A stretch of 64,000 bases of DNA from an uncultured Syntrophomonadaceae bacterium (GCA_964636865.1 CAZWVJ010000001.1:118687-182686); one strand, 5' to 3'; shown: positions 30,905-41,793, numbered from the stretch's first letter. Numbers and translations: made by a program. Notes: a model not told the origin generated them from the letters alone.

Positions 30905-31195
30905 GAAAGGGCAAAGTAAGGTAGACATTTTATTTCTAAAGAGACACAAGGTCGTGGCTGAGAGCCTTGTGGAAATAAGTCTATCCGAAATTCACCCTGG
31001 AGCTGTCGGCTGAAATTCATATCTGAATAAGTAGGTCGGTCCGGGTTCTTCACCGTTATCAAGAAGCAGGTATAAGGAACCATCATGATAATAAAGTGGT
31101 TCTCGTACCGAGTAGAGAGAGTCGGGTAACCGGCTAAGTAGGGTGGTACCGCGGAAAATCACTTCACGTCCCTAAAGGGCGTGAAGTTTTTTATG
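30905..31195 (+). promoter_or_regulatory. T-box riboswitch leader (Phe specifier UUC) controlling aroF-pheA
   Basis: Canonical T-box sequence AGTAGGGTGGTACCGCGG at 31136-31154. Specifier-loop-like GAAAUUCA at 30986-30993. Terminator cttcacg tccctaaaggg cgtgaag plus U-run at 31162-31195. Downstream genes are Phe-pathway enzymes. Confidence 0.7.
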
Positions 31196-31297
31196 TTTAA
31201 GGGTATTGTTTGTTTCCTACAATAGGGAATATCTATTATACCCGGATAAAGTTAAGGAATTACGATTAAAAATCTCAAAAGAAAGGAAGGGAAAAAC

Positions 31298-32335
31298 ATG
31301 ATCGTCGTTATGAATGTAAATGAAGAAGAACCGAAGGTAGAAGCTGTAAAAGACAAATTGCATCAAATGGGCTATAAAACGCACTTAATCTATGGAACAT
31401 CACGTTTGGTTATTGGTGCTATTGGTGATGAGTCTTCTGGAACTCCCACAGGGATAGAAACTATGCCTGGCGTGGAAAAAGTTATGCGAGTAATGGCTCC
31501 GTATAAGTTGGTAAGCCGGGAAGTTAAGAGTGATGATAGTATCATAGATATTGGAGAAGTAAAAATTGGAGGCAACGAATTAGTAGTTATGGCAGGCCCC
31601 TGTGCAATAGAAAGTTATGAACAGATTAGCGAAATTGCTAGTGGGGTACAAGAGAGTGGAGCCCAAATTCTAAGGGGGGGAGCGTTTAAACCTCGTTCTT
31701 CACCCTATAGTTTTCAGGGGCTTGAAGAAGAAGGATTACAGTTTTTAGCAAAAGTTCGTAGTGAAGTAAATTTGAAATTTGTGACGGAAGTTATTACCCC
31801 GGCTGATGTGGAGTTGGTGTCAGCTTATGCGGATGTAATTCAGGTAGGAGCCAGGAACATGCAAAATTATGCGCTCCTGCGTGAAGTAGGGCGCAGTGAA
31901 AAGCCTGTGCTGTTGAAAAGAGGTTTTGCTTCCACGATAGAAGAATGGTTGATGGCAGCCGAATATATAATGAATGAGGGAAATTATCAGGTCATTCTTT
32001 GTGAAAGAGGTATTAGAACTTTTGAAAATTACACCCGAAATACGTTAGATATTAGTGCAGTGCCTATAGTAAAACAACTTTCCCATTTACCGGTAATTGT
32101 AGATCCCAGTCATAGTGCCGGAAATTGGAAATTAGTTTCTGCACTTTCCAACGCAGCCATTGCGGCAGGAGCAGATGGAATTTTGGTGGAAGTGCACAAT
32201 GCTCCGGATGAAGCACTTTGTGACGGAGCCCAATCATTGACTTTAGAGAATTATCAACAGATGATGGGAGAATTGCAAAAAGTAGCCCGGGCTGTAGATA
32301 GAGATTTACCGCTTTTTACTGCTAAACCTGATTAG
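31298..32335 (+). CDS. aroF: 3-deoxy-7-phosphoheptulonate (DAHP) synthase, type I-beta with N-terminal regulatory domain
   Basis: KDO8P/DAHP synthase barrel motifs (LRGGAFKPRSSPYSFQGL, KRG catalytic region, VDPSHS); N-terminal ferredoxin-like extension. Confidence 0.9.
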   Translation: MIVVMNVNEEEPKVEAVKDKLHQMGYKTHLIYGTSRLVIGAIGDESSGTPTGIETMPGVEKVMRVMAPYKLVSREVKSDDSIIDIGEVKIGGNELVVMAGPCAIESYEQISEIASGVQESGAQILRGGAFKPRSSPYSFQGLEEEGLQFLAKVRSEVNLKFVTEVITPADVELVSAYADVIQVGARNMQNYALLREVGRSEKPVLLKRGFASTIEEWLMAAEYIMNEGNYQVILCERGIRTFENYTRNTLDISAVPIVKQLSHLPVIVDPSHSAGNWKLVSALSNAAIAAGADGILVEVHNAPDEALCDGAQSLTLENYQQMMGELQKVARAVDRDLPLFTAKPD

Positions 32336-32355
32336 AAAGGAGATGAGTTATAAAT

Positions 32356-33213
32356 ATGAGCAATTCTTTAGGGTTTTTAGGACCGCCGGGAACTTTTACA
32401 GAAGAAATAGCTTTAAAATATTCCCAAGATAATTCGTCATTAATACTTCAAGAATATACGGCCATAGACGAATTAATGGAAGATGTGGATGCGGGTAAAG
32501 TTAAAATGGGTATTGTGCCTATAGAGAATTCTTTAGAAGGAAGCGTGAATATTACCCTGGACATGTTTGTTCAGCTTAATGTATATATATATAAAGAACT
32601 TATTTATCCTATTTCTCATTGTTTAATGGCATTGCCCGGGGTAAAACCGGAAGAGATTAAAGAAGTGTATTCTCATCCCCAGGCTTTTTCCCAGTGCCGT
32701 AAGTACTTGAAAGCAAATATGCCCTTAGTTAACCAGTTTCCTATGGAAAGCACTGCCATGGCTGCAGAAAAAATATCCGCTTTGGGTGGGCCAAGAGCAG
32801 CTATTGCCCCGCGAAGGGCAGCTAAGCTTTTTGATTTAGAAATTTTGGCTTCTGATATTCAAGATGGTTATGAAGAGGAGAATAAAACGAACCTCACTCG
32901 TTTTGTAGTGGTTTCTTCCCATGATCATTCTTTAACCGGTACTGACAAAACCTCAATAATTTTTTCCATAAAAGATTCTCCTGGCAGCCTTTATCATATT
33001 CTTGGTGTGTTTGCCAAAAAAGCTATTAATCTTACCCGTATTGAATCCCGTCCTGCCAGGAAAAGGTTGGGAGAATACCTTTTTTTTGTGGACTTTGAAG
33101 GTCATCGAGAAGAAAAGAAAAGTGTGCAGGCCTTAGAATTACTTGAAGACCAGGTCAAATATCTTAAAATGTTAGGCTCATACCCATCGGTTTATTTGCC
33201 CGGCAATTCTTAA
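32356..33213 (+). CDS. pheA: Prephenate dehydratase with C-terminal ACT domain
   Basis: PDT domain (TRF motif TNLTRF); ACT region with ESRP motif (TRIESRP). Confidence 0.9.
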   Translation: MSNSLGFLGPPGTFTEEIALKYSQDNSSLILQEYTAIDELMEDVDAGKVKMGIVPIENSLEGSVNITLDMFVQLNVYIYKELIYPISHCLMALPGVKPEEIKEVYSHPQAFSQCRKYLKANMPLVNQFPMESTAMAAEKISALGGPRAAIAPRRAAKLFDLEILASDIQDGYEEENKTNLTRFVVVSSHDHSLTGTDKTSIIFSIKDSPGSLYHILGVFAKKAINLTRIESRPARKRLGEYLFFVDFEGHREEKKSVQALELLEDQVKYLKMLGSYPSVYLPGNS

Positions 33214-33346
33214 GCCTCCTCCATGTTGTCTGTACCCCTAATTTACGTTATTATTTAATTACATTCATAATATATTGTTATTATTACTCCTTTTTCTTGT
33301 CAAAAATTATAAAGAGTCTATGTGTCAATAAATCAAGGAGGGCATA

Positions 33347-36300
33347 ATGAATTTAAGGCCTCTTTTAAGTATATGGGAAAAAGATGAACAATTTAACCGG
33401 CTTGTAAATGATTTAAAGAAGAATACTGCCTATCGGGGGTTAACTTCCGGTCTGGAAGGGAGCCAGAAGAGTTTTTTTTACGGCTCTTTATATGCTTTTA
33501 CGGGTAAAACCGTTTTTATTATTACAAGTGAATACGATCGAGCAGAAAGGATCCATGAAGACCTTCTCTCTTTTCTCCCGGCTGAGGAATTATTTTTGTT
33601 ACCCTCCCGAGACTTTATTTTAAGAGGTGAAATGCTGGGATACAGTTGGGAAAACTGGGAGCAAAGAATGCAAGCCCTGCAGAATTTAACCATGCAAAAA
33701 AAATCTATTTTTATTGCTCCGGTAAGCACTTTATTGTTTCGTATGATGCCTTATTATGAGTGGCAAAAATATTTTCTTTCATTGAAACAACATCAAAAAA
33801 TAGACCGGGATCGGTTAATAGATCAATTAGCGGCTATTGGGTATTTAAGGGTACCTTTAATTGAAAACAAGGGGCATTTTAGTGTACGGGGAGATATTGT
33901 AGATGTCTTCTCACCGGGGTGGGATAATCCTGTAAGAATGGATTTTTATGATGATATTCTGGAAACAATACGTGTATTTGATCCTGTTTCTCAGAGATCT
34001 TCAACAACTTTATCGGAAGTATATATTTTCCCTTGTGGAGAAACAATTCTTTCCCCGGAAATTCGGCAGAAGGGTTTTGCCAAAATCGAGCAAGAATTGC
34101 AACAAGCATTTAATCGGTTACAAAGTAGCAATCAAGAAAAAGTAGCGGTTAAATTAAAAGAAAAAGTTAATCAGCATTTGCATTCACTGGACAAGTATTT
34201 ATTGAGTGAAACCATGTATGGGTATTTCCCTTTTTTTTATGACCGGGGTCACACCTGGTTGGATTATTTGCCTTCTGATTCATTTGTTATAGTAGATGAT
34301 TATTCAAAAACAAAGGCTGCCGGGGAAGAATTTATGAATAGGGGGAAAGATTTACAAAATGAATTGTTTATGCAAGGAGAAATTTTAAGCAGTGAGATAC
34401 CTTTAACCTGGGAGTTGGATGAAGTAATAACTCGTTTTAAACAACCTTGTCTCTATACCAGTTTGTTTAATGTAAGTGGCTTTAAAATTCCTCAAAAAAA
34501 TACTTTTACTTTCACAGCTAATGCTCTCCCCCGGTATTATGGGCAATGGGAAATGTTGCGAAAGGAATTTACACATTGGAAAAAAGAAGGTTACAAAATT
34601 TTCTTTTTAGCTTCTTCTTTAAAACAGGGGGAGTCTCTGCTTAAGAGTCTTCATGAAAATGATTTCCCTGTAAGCAAAGCGTTTGAAGAAGATCAACTAG
34701 TCTTCGAGGAATCTTCACCTCTTGCCATGGCAACCCTGGGGAACCTTAATAACGGATTTTATATGCCTTTTCTCAAAATAGTGGTTATTACTGAACAGGA
34801 GCTTTTACCTAAAAAAAAGAAAAAGAGAAAATTTTCCCGGCCCAAAGAAGGAAAAATATTAAGTAATTACCGCGAGTTGTCTGTGGGTGATTATGTAGTC
34901 CATGCCCAACATGGTATTGGAAAATATTTTGGTGTCCAGACCTTAAAAGTAGAGGGGATTGAACAAGATTACCTGCATATTAGTTATGCGGGGGAAGATA
35001 AATTGTTTGTTCCCGTAGATCAAATACATTTGATTCAAAAATACAAGGGAGGCGGGACCAAACCTCCTAAGCTGCACCGCCTGAGCAGTAATGAATGGCA
35101 AAAAACCAAGCAAAAGGTAAAATCTTCTGTGCAGGATTTAGCTCGTGATTTGTTATCTATTTATAGCGCTCGTCAGTCTTTGGAAGGTCATTCCTTTTTC
35201 ACGGAGCACCCCTGGAAAGAAGAATTTGATTCATACTTCCCTTATGAGGAAACGGAAGATCAGTTGCAATCCATAAAAGAAGTAAGAGCGGATTTGGCTC
35301 AGAATAAACCTATGGATCGGCTACTTTGTGGTGATGTGGGTTATGGAAAAACAGAAGTTGCAATGCGAGCTGCCTTTGATGTAGTAGTAAATGGAAAGCA
35401 GGTGGCAGTGCTTGCGCCTACCACTATTTTGGCCCAACAGCATTACCGTAACTTTTGGGAGAGGTTCGAACCTTTTCCGGTAGAGGTAGCGATGATAAGC
35501 AGATTTTTAAATAATGCGCAGCAAAAAGAAATATTGCAGAGAGTCAAAGGGGGAAATGTTGATATTTTAATTGGGACTCACAGGTTGCTTTCCAGTGATG
35601 TAAAGTTTAAAGATTTAGGTTTGATCATTATTGACGAGGAACATCGTTTTGGAGTTCGGCACAAAGAAAAATTAAAGAAAATGCGTCTTAATGTGGATGT
35701 TTTAACGCTAACGGCAACTCCAATACCCCGCACTTTACATATGTCTTTGGTAGGAGCAAGAGATCTAAGTTTGATGGAAACCCCTCCGGAAAACCGTTAC
35801 CCGGTGCAAACTTACGTTTTGGAATATTCACATCAAGTTGTTAAAGAAGCTATTACAAGAGAGTTAGAGCGTAATGGGCAGGTATATTTTGTATTTAACC
35901 GGGTGCACAATATAGAAAGTTGGGCTCGGAAATTAGAAGAACTTTTGCCTCAAGCAAGGATAGCGGTAGCACATGGCCAGATGAATGAAAAAAAGTTGGA
36001 AGGTATTATGCATGATTTTTTAGAAGGTTATTATGATGTCTTATTATCTACCACTATCATCGAAGCAGGTTTGGATATACCTAATGTTAATACCTTGATT
36101 ATCTATAATGCCGACCTTTTGGGGTTAGCTCAATTATATCAACTACGGGGCCGGGTAGGCCGTTCTAACCGTTTGGCTTATGCTTATCTTACTTTTCAGA
36201 AACAGAAAGTTCTAACTGAAGCCGCGGAAAAAAGATTGCAGGCCATAAAAGAATTTGCGGAGTTAGGATCAGGATTTAAAATTGCGTTACGTGATCTTGA

Positions 36301-36895
36301 GATAAGGGGTGTTGGTAACATTTTGGGTCCCGAGCAACATGGATTTATGGCTGCAGTTGGTTTTGATTTATACTGTCAGATGTTGGAAGAAGCCGTAAGT
36401 GCTTATAAAGGAGAGGAGCTAACCACCGGTTCTTTTCCCAGTTTGGATTTAAAGATAAGTGCTTATTTGCCGAGCGCTTATATACCGGATCAGGAGCAAA
36501 AAATTGAATTTTACCAGCGAATATATGGTCTGGAGACTTTTAAAGAAATTAAGGAAATTGAGAAGGAACTTGTGGATCGGTTTGGGCCTTTGCCTTTAGA
36601 AGTGGAAAATTTGCTTTTGCTAGGGCGCTTACGCATTATGGCTGTTGAGCTCGGGATTGAATCCATCCAACATGAGAACAAGGAAGTAAGCTTCCGATTT
36701 GCAGACAAGAAAAAGCTTGAGTATTTAGATTCTAATTATCTAACAAATAATAAATATGGGCAATTTTCTGTTTATGCCGGTAAGGGTGGCACATTGAATA
36801 TCAAGCCGACACAGAACAAGAATGAAATAAGCTTGCAGGTAATAGAAGATTTTTTACACCGGTTAAGGGATAAAGTAAAAGATATTGTTATTTAA
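33347..36895 (+). CDS. mfd: Transcription-repair coupling factor
   Basis: 1182 aa; UvrB-homology N-terminus; RNAP-interacting domain; DEAD-box helicase motifs (GDVGYGKTEVA, DEEHRFG); TRG motif; position after pth as in Bacillus. Confidence 0.96.
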   Translation: MNLRPLLSIWEKDEQFNRLVNDLKKNTAYRGLTSGLEGSQKSFFYGSLYAFTGKTVFIITSEYDRAERIHEDLLSFLPAEELFLLPSRDFILRGEMLGYSWENWEQRMQALQNLTMQKKSIFIAPVSTLLFRMMPYYEWQKYFLSLKQHQKIDRDRLIDQLAAIGYLRVPLIENKGHFSVRGDIVDVFSPGWDNPVRMDFYDDILETIRVFDPVSQRSSTTLSEVYIFPCGETILSPEIRQKGFAKIEQELQQAFNRLQSSNQEKVAVKLKEKVNQHLHSLDKYLLSETMYGYFPFFYDRGHTWLDYLPSDSFVIVDDYSKTKAAGEEFMNRGKDLQNELFMQGEILSSEIPLTWELDEVITRFKQPCLYTSLFNVSGFKIPQKNTFTFTANALPRYYGQWEMLRKEFTHWKKEGYKIFFLASSLKQGESLLKSLHENDFPVSKAFEEDQLVFEESSPLAMATLGNLNNGFYMPFLKIVVITEQELLPKKKKKRKFSRPKEGKILSNYRELSVGDYVVHAQHGIGKYFGVQTLKVEGIEQDYLHISYAGEDKLFVPVDQIHLIQKYKGGGTKPPKLHRLSSNEWQKTKQKVKSSVQDLARDLLSIYSARQSLEGHSFFTEHPWKEEFDSYFPYEETEDQLQSIKEVRADLAQNKPMDRLLCGDVGYGKTEVAMRAAFDVVVNGKQVAVLAPTTILAQQHYRNFWERFEPFPVEVAMISRFLNNAQQKEILQRVKGGNVDILIGTHRLLSSDVKFKDLGLIIIDEEHRFGVRHKEKLKKMRLNVDVLTLTATPIPRTLHMSLVGARDLSLMETPPENRYPVQTYVLEYSHQVVKEAITRELERNGQVYFVFNRVHNIESWARKLEELLPQARIAVAHGQMNEKKLEGIMHDFLEGYYDVLLSTTIIEAGLDIPNVNTLIIYNADLLGLAQLYQLRGRVGRSNRLAYAYLTFQKQKVLTEAAEKRLQAIKEFAELGSGFKIALRDLEIRGVGNILGPEQHGFMAAVGFDLYCQMLEEAVSAYKGEELTTGSFPSLDLKISAYLPSAYIPDQEQKIEFYQRIYGLETFKEIKEIEKELVDRFGPLPLEVENLLLLGRLRIMAVELGIESIQHENKEVSFRFADKKKLEYLDSNYLTNNKYGQFSVYAGKGGTLNIKPTQNKNEISLQVIEDFLHRLRDKVKDIVI

Positions 36896-37003
36896 AAATT
36901 ATTATATTATAATCAAAAAAGTATTATTGCCCCGTTTTCCTTTTATGTATAGATATTTTGGTAGCGAGAGCTTAAGGACGTCCCGGAAGAGAGGAACCGC
37001 GTT

Positions 37004-38641
37004 TTGACCAAAACTACATTCGTAAAAGGTGCCATCATACTTGCTTTTACCGGAGTAATAGTCAGGATCATCGGAGCAGCTATGAGAATTGTGTTGGCTG
37101 CTTTAATGGGAGATGAAGGGATTGGACTTTATTCTTATGCTTACCCGATATTTGCGACCCTCCTTACTATTGCTACAGCCGGTATTCCGGTCGCTATTTC
37201 TAAATTGGTGTCTGAAAAATTAGCTTTAAATGATCCTCAAAGTGCTTATAGGGTATTCAAAATAGCATTGCTGATAATAACTTCTACCGGATTGTTAATT
37301 TCTGTGCTTCTTGCCCTGGGTGCAGAATTTTTTGCTATAAATGTAGCCAGGGATCCCCGGGCTTATTATCCTATTTTAGCCATATCACCTGCCATTTTTT
37401 TTGTAGCTATTATGGCTGCTATGAGGGGGTTTTTTCAGGGCCATCAGCTTATGACTCCCACTGCCCTTTCTCAATTTGTGGAGCAAATTGTGCGGGTAAT
37501 TACTTCTGTGGGGTTAGTTTTGTTACTACTGCCGATAAGCCTTGAATATGCGGCTGCAGGTGCTGCTTCTGGAGCAGTCAGTGGTGGCATAATAGGGTTG
37601 CTAGTTCTCGTGGTGTTATTTTACCGCCAGAAATCGGGAATATTTAGTAAGTATAATCATATCTCTGCAGACGACGATATTCCGAAAGCCACTGAGGTAG
37701 TAAAAAGGATAGTTAGTTTATCTGTGCCCATTACCTTGGGATCATTGATGGTTCCATTCTATAATGTAATAGATCTGGTAGTTGTTTCGGATAGACTCCA
37801 AGAAATAGGATTCGCTATGGAGAGGGCTACTGCTCTTTATGGACAATTAACGGGGATGGCTTTAAATTTGATGTATTTCCCTTGTGTAGTCATAGTAGGG
37901 TTGACCATAAGCCTTGTTCCTGCTGTATCTGAAGCTTTTGCTCAAAAAAATATACCGTTACTGCACAATCGTATAGAAACTTCTTCCCGATTAGTAATCC
38001 TTTTTTCTTTACCGTCGGCAGTAGGTCTATTTTTGCTTTCGCTTCCTATTTTAAATAATACGGTGACGGTATTATTATATAATAATGCAGAAGCAGCATA
38101 TCCGGTAACATTTTTAGCTTGGGGAGTTGTTTTCTTTTCCCTTTATTTGGCTACTACTGGAACTCTTCAGGGGATGGGCTATGCTCTTGTGCCTGTCAAG
38201 AATATGCTTTTGGGGGCACTTGTTAAAATTTTTTTAACCTGGGTTTTGACGGGTATACCGGAACTTCATATAGGCGGCGCTGCTCTTGCTACCAGCATTG
38301 GTTTTGCCCTGGGCGCGTTTTTGAATATATTGCAGGTAAGTAAATTATCCGGGTATCGCTTTAAAATCCGGGAATTTTTATTTAAACCGATACTTTCAGT
38401 TTTAATTATGTCGGTATTTGTAATATTTTCATACCGGCTTGTTTTTATGTTTTTAGAGGAAATATTCCCTTTTTCATTGATTAATGGCATTGCTACTATA
38501 ACTTGTATTATAGTTGGCGCTTTAATTTACTTGATTTCGTTATTATTATCGGGTTGGCTTAATTCAGATGATTTAATGTCTATACCTTATGTAGGAGAAC
38601 GCATATTGAAATGGGCCCGAAAGTACAGGTTGATGAAGTGA
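37004..38641 (+). CDS. MOP-superfamily flippase (SpoVB/YabM-like polysaccharide or lipid II flippase)
   Basis: 545 aa with about 14 predicted TM helices; N-terminus resembles MurJ/SpoVB; synteny mfd-yabM-mazG. TTG start. Confidence 0.8.
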   Translation: MTKTTFVKGAIILAFTGVIVRIIGAAMRIVLAALMGDEGIGLYSYAYPIFATLLTIATAGIPVAISKLVSEKLALNDPQSAYRVFKIALLIITSTGLLISVLLALGAEFFAINVARDPRAYYPILAISPAIFFVAIMAAMRGFFQGHQLMTPTALSQFVEQIVRVITSVGLVLLLLPISLEYAAAGAASGAVSGGIIGLLVLVVLFYRQKSGIFSKYNHISADDDIPKATEVVKRIVSLSVPITLGSLMVPFYNVIDLVVVSDRLQEIGFAMERATALYGQLTGMALNLMYFPCVVIVGLTISLVPAVSEAFAQKNIPLLHNRIETSSRLVILFSLPSAVGLFLLSLPILNNTVTVLLYNNAEAAYPVTFLAWGVVFFSLYLATTGTLQGMGYALVPVKNMLLGALVKIFLTWVLTGIPELHIGGAALATSIGFALGAFLNILQVSKLSGYRFKIREFLFKPILSVLIMSVFVIFSYRLVFMFLEEIFPFSLINGIATITCIIVGALIYLISLLLSGWLNSDDLMSIPYVGERILKWARKYRLMK

Positions 38642-38706
38642 TAAAAGTTTATTATTTTTAAAGGGGAGGGATATAAATTTCTAAACATAAAAATGCCAAA
38701 ACAAAA

Positions 38707-39813
38707 TTGAATAATTTTATTTGTGAAAATATGGCATTTGGGGTTACTGTGTTAGATGTTAAATCTCTTGAACATCTTAAAGAGCCTTTACCGCATTTTC
38801 TTGTAATTATTCCACCTTCTAAACAGCATCAATGGGAACGTTTAAAATATTTACTGGAACAAATATATCCCGGCAAGTATCCCGTTATGGTGGTTAGAAA
38901 CCGGGAAAAGCTTCCTTGGAAAAGAAAAAGTGATTCAAAAAAATGGGTTCCCCTATACGCCCTGGAGAAATTGTCATTATCAAAAAGAGGGCGGAGCATA
39001 AATTATTTATGCTTGCCTCCTTTAAACAACCACAGCGTTTCCGAGTTAATGATTATTATGGAAACACTAAGAGGAGAAAAAGGATGCCCGTGGGATAAAA
39101 AACAGGATCATAAATCTTTGAAACCCTACGTAATAGAAGAGGCTTATGAAGTAATAGATGCTATTGACAGTGAAAATCCGGCATTACTTGAAGATGAACT
39201 TGGGGATTTGCTTTTACAGATAATATTTCATGCTCATCTGGCGCATGAGTCCGGTAACTTCGCTTTTTCTCAAGTAGTAAATAATACTATAATGAAATTA
39301 ATACGCCGTCATCCCCATGTTTTCGGCGAATTAAACGGTGTAAATTCTTTAAATGATGTAAGATGTAAATGGGACGAAATAAAAAAAATGGAAAAACAAG
39401 ACTTTGCATCTTCGAAAAATACCTGTGCACAAGAGGACTCTACATTGCCCGCATTAATAAAAGCTATTAAAACTCAAGAAAAAGCTGCTCGCTTAGGGTT
39501 TGATTGGGAGACATTGGAAGGTCCATTGGAAAAACTCAAGGAAGAAGTTAGTGAACTGTATAACGCTTATTGGTTTGGTTCCAGGCAAAATATTGAAGAA
39601 GAACTTGGAGACTTAATGTTTACGCTGGTCAATGTGTCGCGTTTTATGGGAGTTAATCCGGAAATTATGCTGGTTAAAACCATCAATAAATTCAACAAAA
39701 GGTTTGAGTTTATAAATAATAAAGTAAAGCAGGAAGGAAAAGATATGTCGGCATATGACATTGATCAACTTGAGAATTGGTGGAATGAAGCCAAAAAAGA
39801 AGATGAAAATTAA
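38707..39813 (+). CDS. mazG: MazG-family nucleoside triphosphate pyrophosphohydrolase (YabN-type, two MazG domains)
   Basis: Two EExxE/DxxD MazG motifs (EEAYEVIDAI...ELGDLLLQI and EEVSELYNA...EELGDLMFTL). Confidence 0.85.
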   Translation: MNNFICENMAFGVTVLDVKSLEHLKEPLPHFLVIIPPSKQHQWERLKYLLEQIYPGKYPVMVVRNREKLPWKRKSDSKKWVPLYALEKLSLSKRGRSINYLCLPPLNNHSVSELMIIMETLRGEKGCPWDKKQDHKSLKPYVIEEAYEVIDAIDSENPALLEDELGDLLLQIIFHAHLAHESGNFAFSQVVNNTIMKLIRRHPHVFGELNGVNSLNDVRCKWDEIKKMEKQDFASSKNTCAQEDSTLPALIKAIKTQEKAARLGFDWETLEGPLEKLKEEVSELYNAYWFGSRQNIEEELGDLMFTLVNVSRFMGVNPEIMLVKTINKFNKRFEFINNKVKQEGKDMSAYDIDQLENWWNEAKKEDEN

Positions 39814-39969
39814 TAAAGTTTTTGTTCACATTTATAATATGTTAATTGATAAGATAATTTTATTTTGAGTATGTGAAGAAATTTGATATAATAAATCAGA
39901 AAGAAAATTTAGTCATTTGGTATGTTTCAATGACCTTTGCGAAACAAAATCTTATGAAGGGGTAGCTTT

Positions 39970-40279
39970 TATGCAAAAAGGCAAGAGGAAAAAACAGGTA
40001 GTGGAATCATTTCCTCGCTCCAAACAAAAAAGGTGGAATATAAAGAGGGTTTATCTTTATGGGGGAATCATGTTTATTTGTTTCATGATGCTTATAGTAG
40101 GTGTTTATAGTTTTCAGTATTTCCAAAAATCTGCGGAACTTGAAAAATACCAAAAAGAATTGGCCAGAATTGAAGAAGAAAATAAAGAATTAGAAAAAGA
40201 GATTGAGAGGTTATACGATGAAGAATATATTGAGTTTTTAGCCCGTCGGCATTTTGGCTTAATAAAATCAGAGGAATAA
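39970..40279 (+). CDS. divIC: Septum formation initiator (DivIC/FtsB family)
   Basis: Basic N-terminus, single TM helix, coiled-coil region (ELEKYQKELARIEEENKELEKEIERL). Confidence 0.8.
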
Positions 40280-40378
40280 ACTAAAAGGAGTAGTCTTATA
40301 AAAGATTGTATTAAAGTTTTAATACTGTAATATAAATATAGACATAATAAAAATTTGTTAAGGAGGATTTTTTTTAGT

Positions 40379-40747
40379 ATGGCTGTTAAAACTGGAGATG
40401 TTTTAGAGGGGGTTGTAAAAAGCATTACCAACTTTGGCGCTTTTATTCAACTTCCTGATGGAGAAACTGGTTTGGTTCACATTTCTGAAGTGGCCAACAG
40501 TTATGTAAAAGATATTAATGATTATTTACAGAAAGATGATCAGGTAAAAGTTAAAGTCCTTTCTATAGATGACAATGGAAAAATAGCTTTATCTATCAAG
40601 CAAGCTGAGGTGAAAAAAGAGCAAAATAAAAAAACAGGCGCTGATTTTGAGGATAAACTCTCCCGTTTTCTTAAAGAAAGTGATGAACGCCAACATGATA
40701 TAAAAAAGAATACGGAATCTAAAAGAGGTAATCGGCAGGCTTTTTGA
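40379..40747 (+). CDS. S1 RNA-binding domain protein (YabR)
   Basis: S1 fold motif GDVLEGVVKSITNFGAFIQLPDGETGLVHISEV. Confidence 0.85.
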   Translation: MAVKTGDVLEGVVKSITNFGAFIQLPDGETGLVHISEVANSYVKDINDYLQKDDQVKVKVLSIDDNGKIALSIKQAEVKKEQNKKTGADFEDKLSRFLKESDERQHDIKKNTESKRGNRQAF

Positions 40748-40774
40748 TGAAAAAAATTATTTAACCTTCCTTTT

Positions 40775-40803
40775 AGACTCCTGGTATGAGGAGTCTTTTT
40801 TAT
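40775..40803 (+). terminator. Rho-independent terminator after yabR
   Basis: agactcct ggtatg aggagtct followed by ttttttat. Confidence 0.75.
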
Positions 40804-40854
40804 AGAGCATTGATGAATGTAAAATGATGCATAATAAGTTGAATTGGAGATTAA

Positions 40855-41778
40855 ATGGAGAGGCATAAAAGAGGTATTATAGATATTGGAACAAATTCGG
40901 TGCGTCTGCTCCTGGCAAATGTCAATGAAAAAAAACTCCATGTGGAATATCAGACATTAGAAATGACCAGATTAGGAGAAGGTTTGTTAGAAAATAATTT
41001 CCTTTCCCCTTCAGCAATAGAAAGAACCGTAAAAGCGGTAAATAAGTTTTGGACTTTGGCGTTGGAAGAAGGAGCTGTAAATATTTTTTTGGTAGCTACC
41101 AGTGCCGTACGAGAAGCTTCCAACCGAAACGAATTAAGGGATAAAATTTGGGAGATTACCAACCAAGAATTACATATTATTGAAGAAAAAGACGAAGCTT
41201 TATATAGTTATCGCGGCGCTCTGTATTCTCTGGATTTATCGATGCAGGAAGCCGTAGTTTTTGATCTAGGTGGTGGAAGTACTGAATTCATTTGGGTGGA
41301 AGAGGGTAATCCCCAATTTTTAAGCTTACCGGTGGGAGTAGTTAAGCTTCAGGAAAAATTCAATTTGTTGGATATACCAAGTGTAGAGAAAGTGTGGGAA
41401 GCTAGGGAACACCTGATGAAAATGTTAGAAGCCTTGCCACCACTTGATGCCTCTACTGCGCTGGTAGGTGTGGGTGGCACTATTACCACTCTATCTTCAA
41501 TAAATTTAGGGTTGCAAGAGTATGATTCGCAGAAAATACATAGAAGCAAATTATATGATTATCAGGTAAAAAAATGGGAAGAAATTTTGTTAAACTCCAC
41601 ATTGGAAGAACGCAAAAATATAAGCGGGTTAATGCCTGATCGAGCTGATGTTATTGTGTCAGGTGTCCTCATGGTAGATGTTATTATGGATAAATTGGGT
41701 GTATCTATGTTGTATGTAAGTGAAGGAGATTTACTTACCGGGTATTTAGCGGAAAAAGGGCAAAAAATAGTTTTCTAA
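40855..41778 (+). CDS. ppx: Ppx/GppA-family phosphatase (exopolyphosphatase / guanosine pentaphosphate phosphohydrolase)
   Basis: ASKHA-fold N-terminus IIDIGTNSVRLL; DLGGGSTE motif. Confidence 0.85.
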   Translation: MERHKRGIIDIGTNSVRLLLANVNEKKLHVEYQTLEMTRLGEGLLENNFLSPSAIERTVKAVNKFWTLALEEGAVNIFLVATSAVREASNRNELRDKIWEITNQELHIIEEKDEALYSYRGALYSLDLSMQEAVVFDLGGGSTEFIWVEEGNPQFLSLPVGVVKLQEKFNLLDIPSVEKVWEAREHLMKMLEALPPLDASTALVGVGGTITTLSSINLGLQEYDSQKIHRSKLYDYQVKKWEEILLNSTLEERKNISGLMPDRADVIVSGVLMVDVIMDKLGVSMLYVSEGDLLTGYLAEKGQKIVF

Positions 41779-41793
41779 CTTAATATAAGGAGC

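Noticed and set aside
30874-31086. 70-aa minus-strand ORF between pth and aroF
   Set aside because: It overlaps the T-box leader and sits antisense to a structured RNA, with no RBS.
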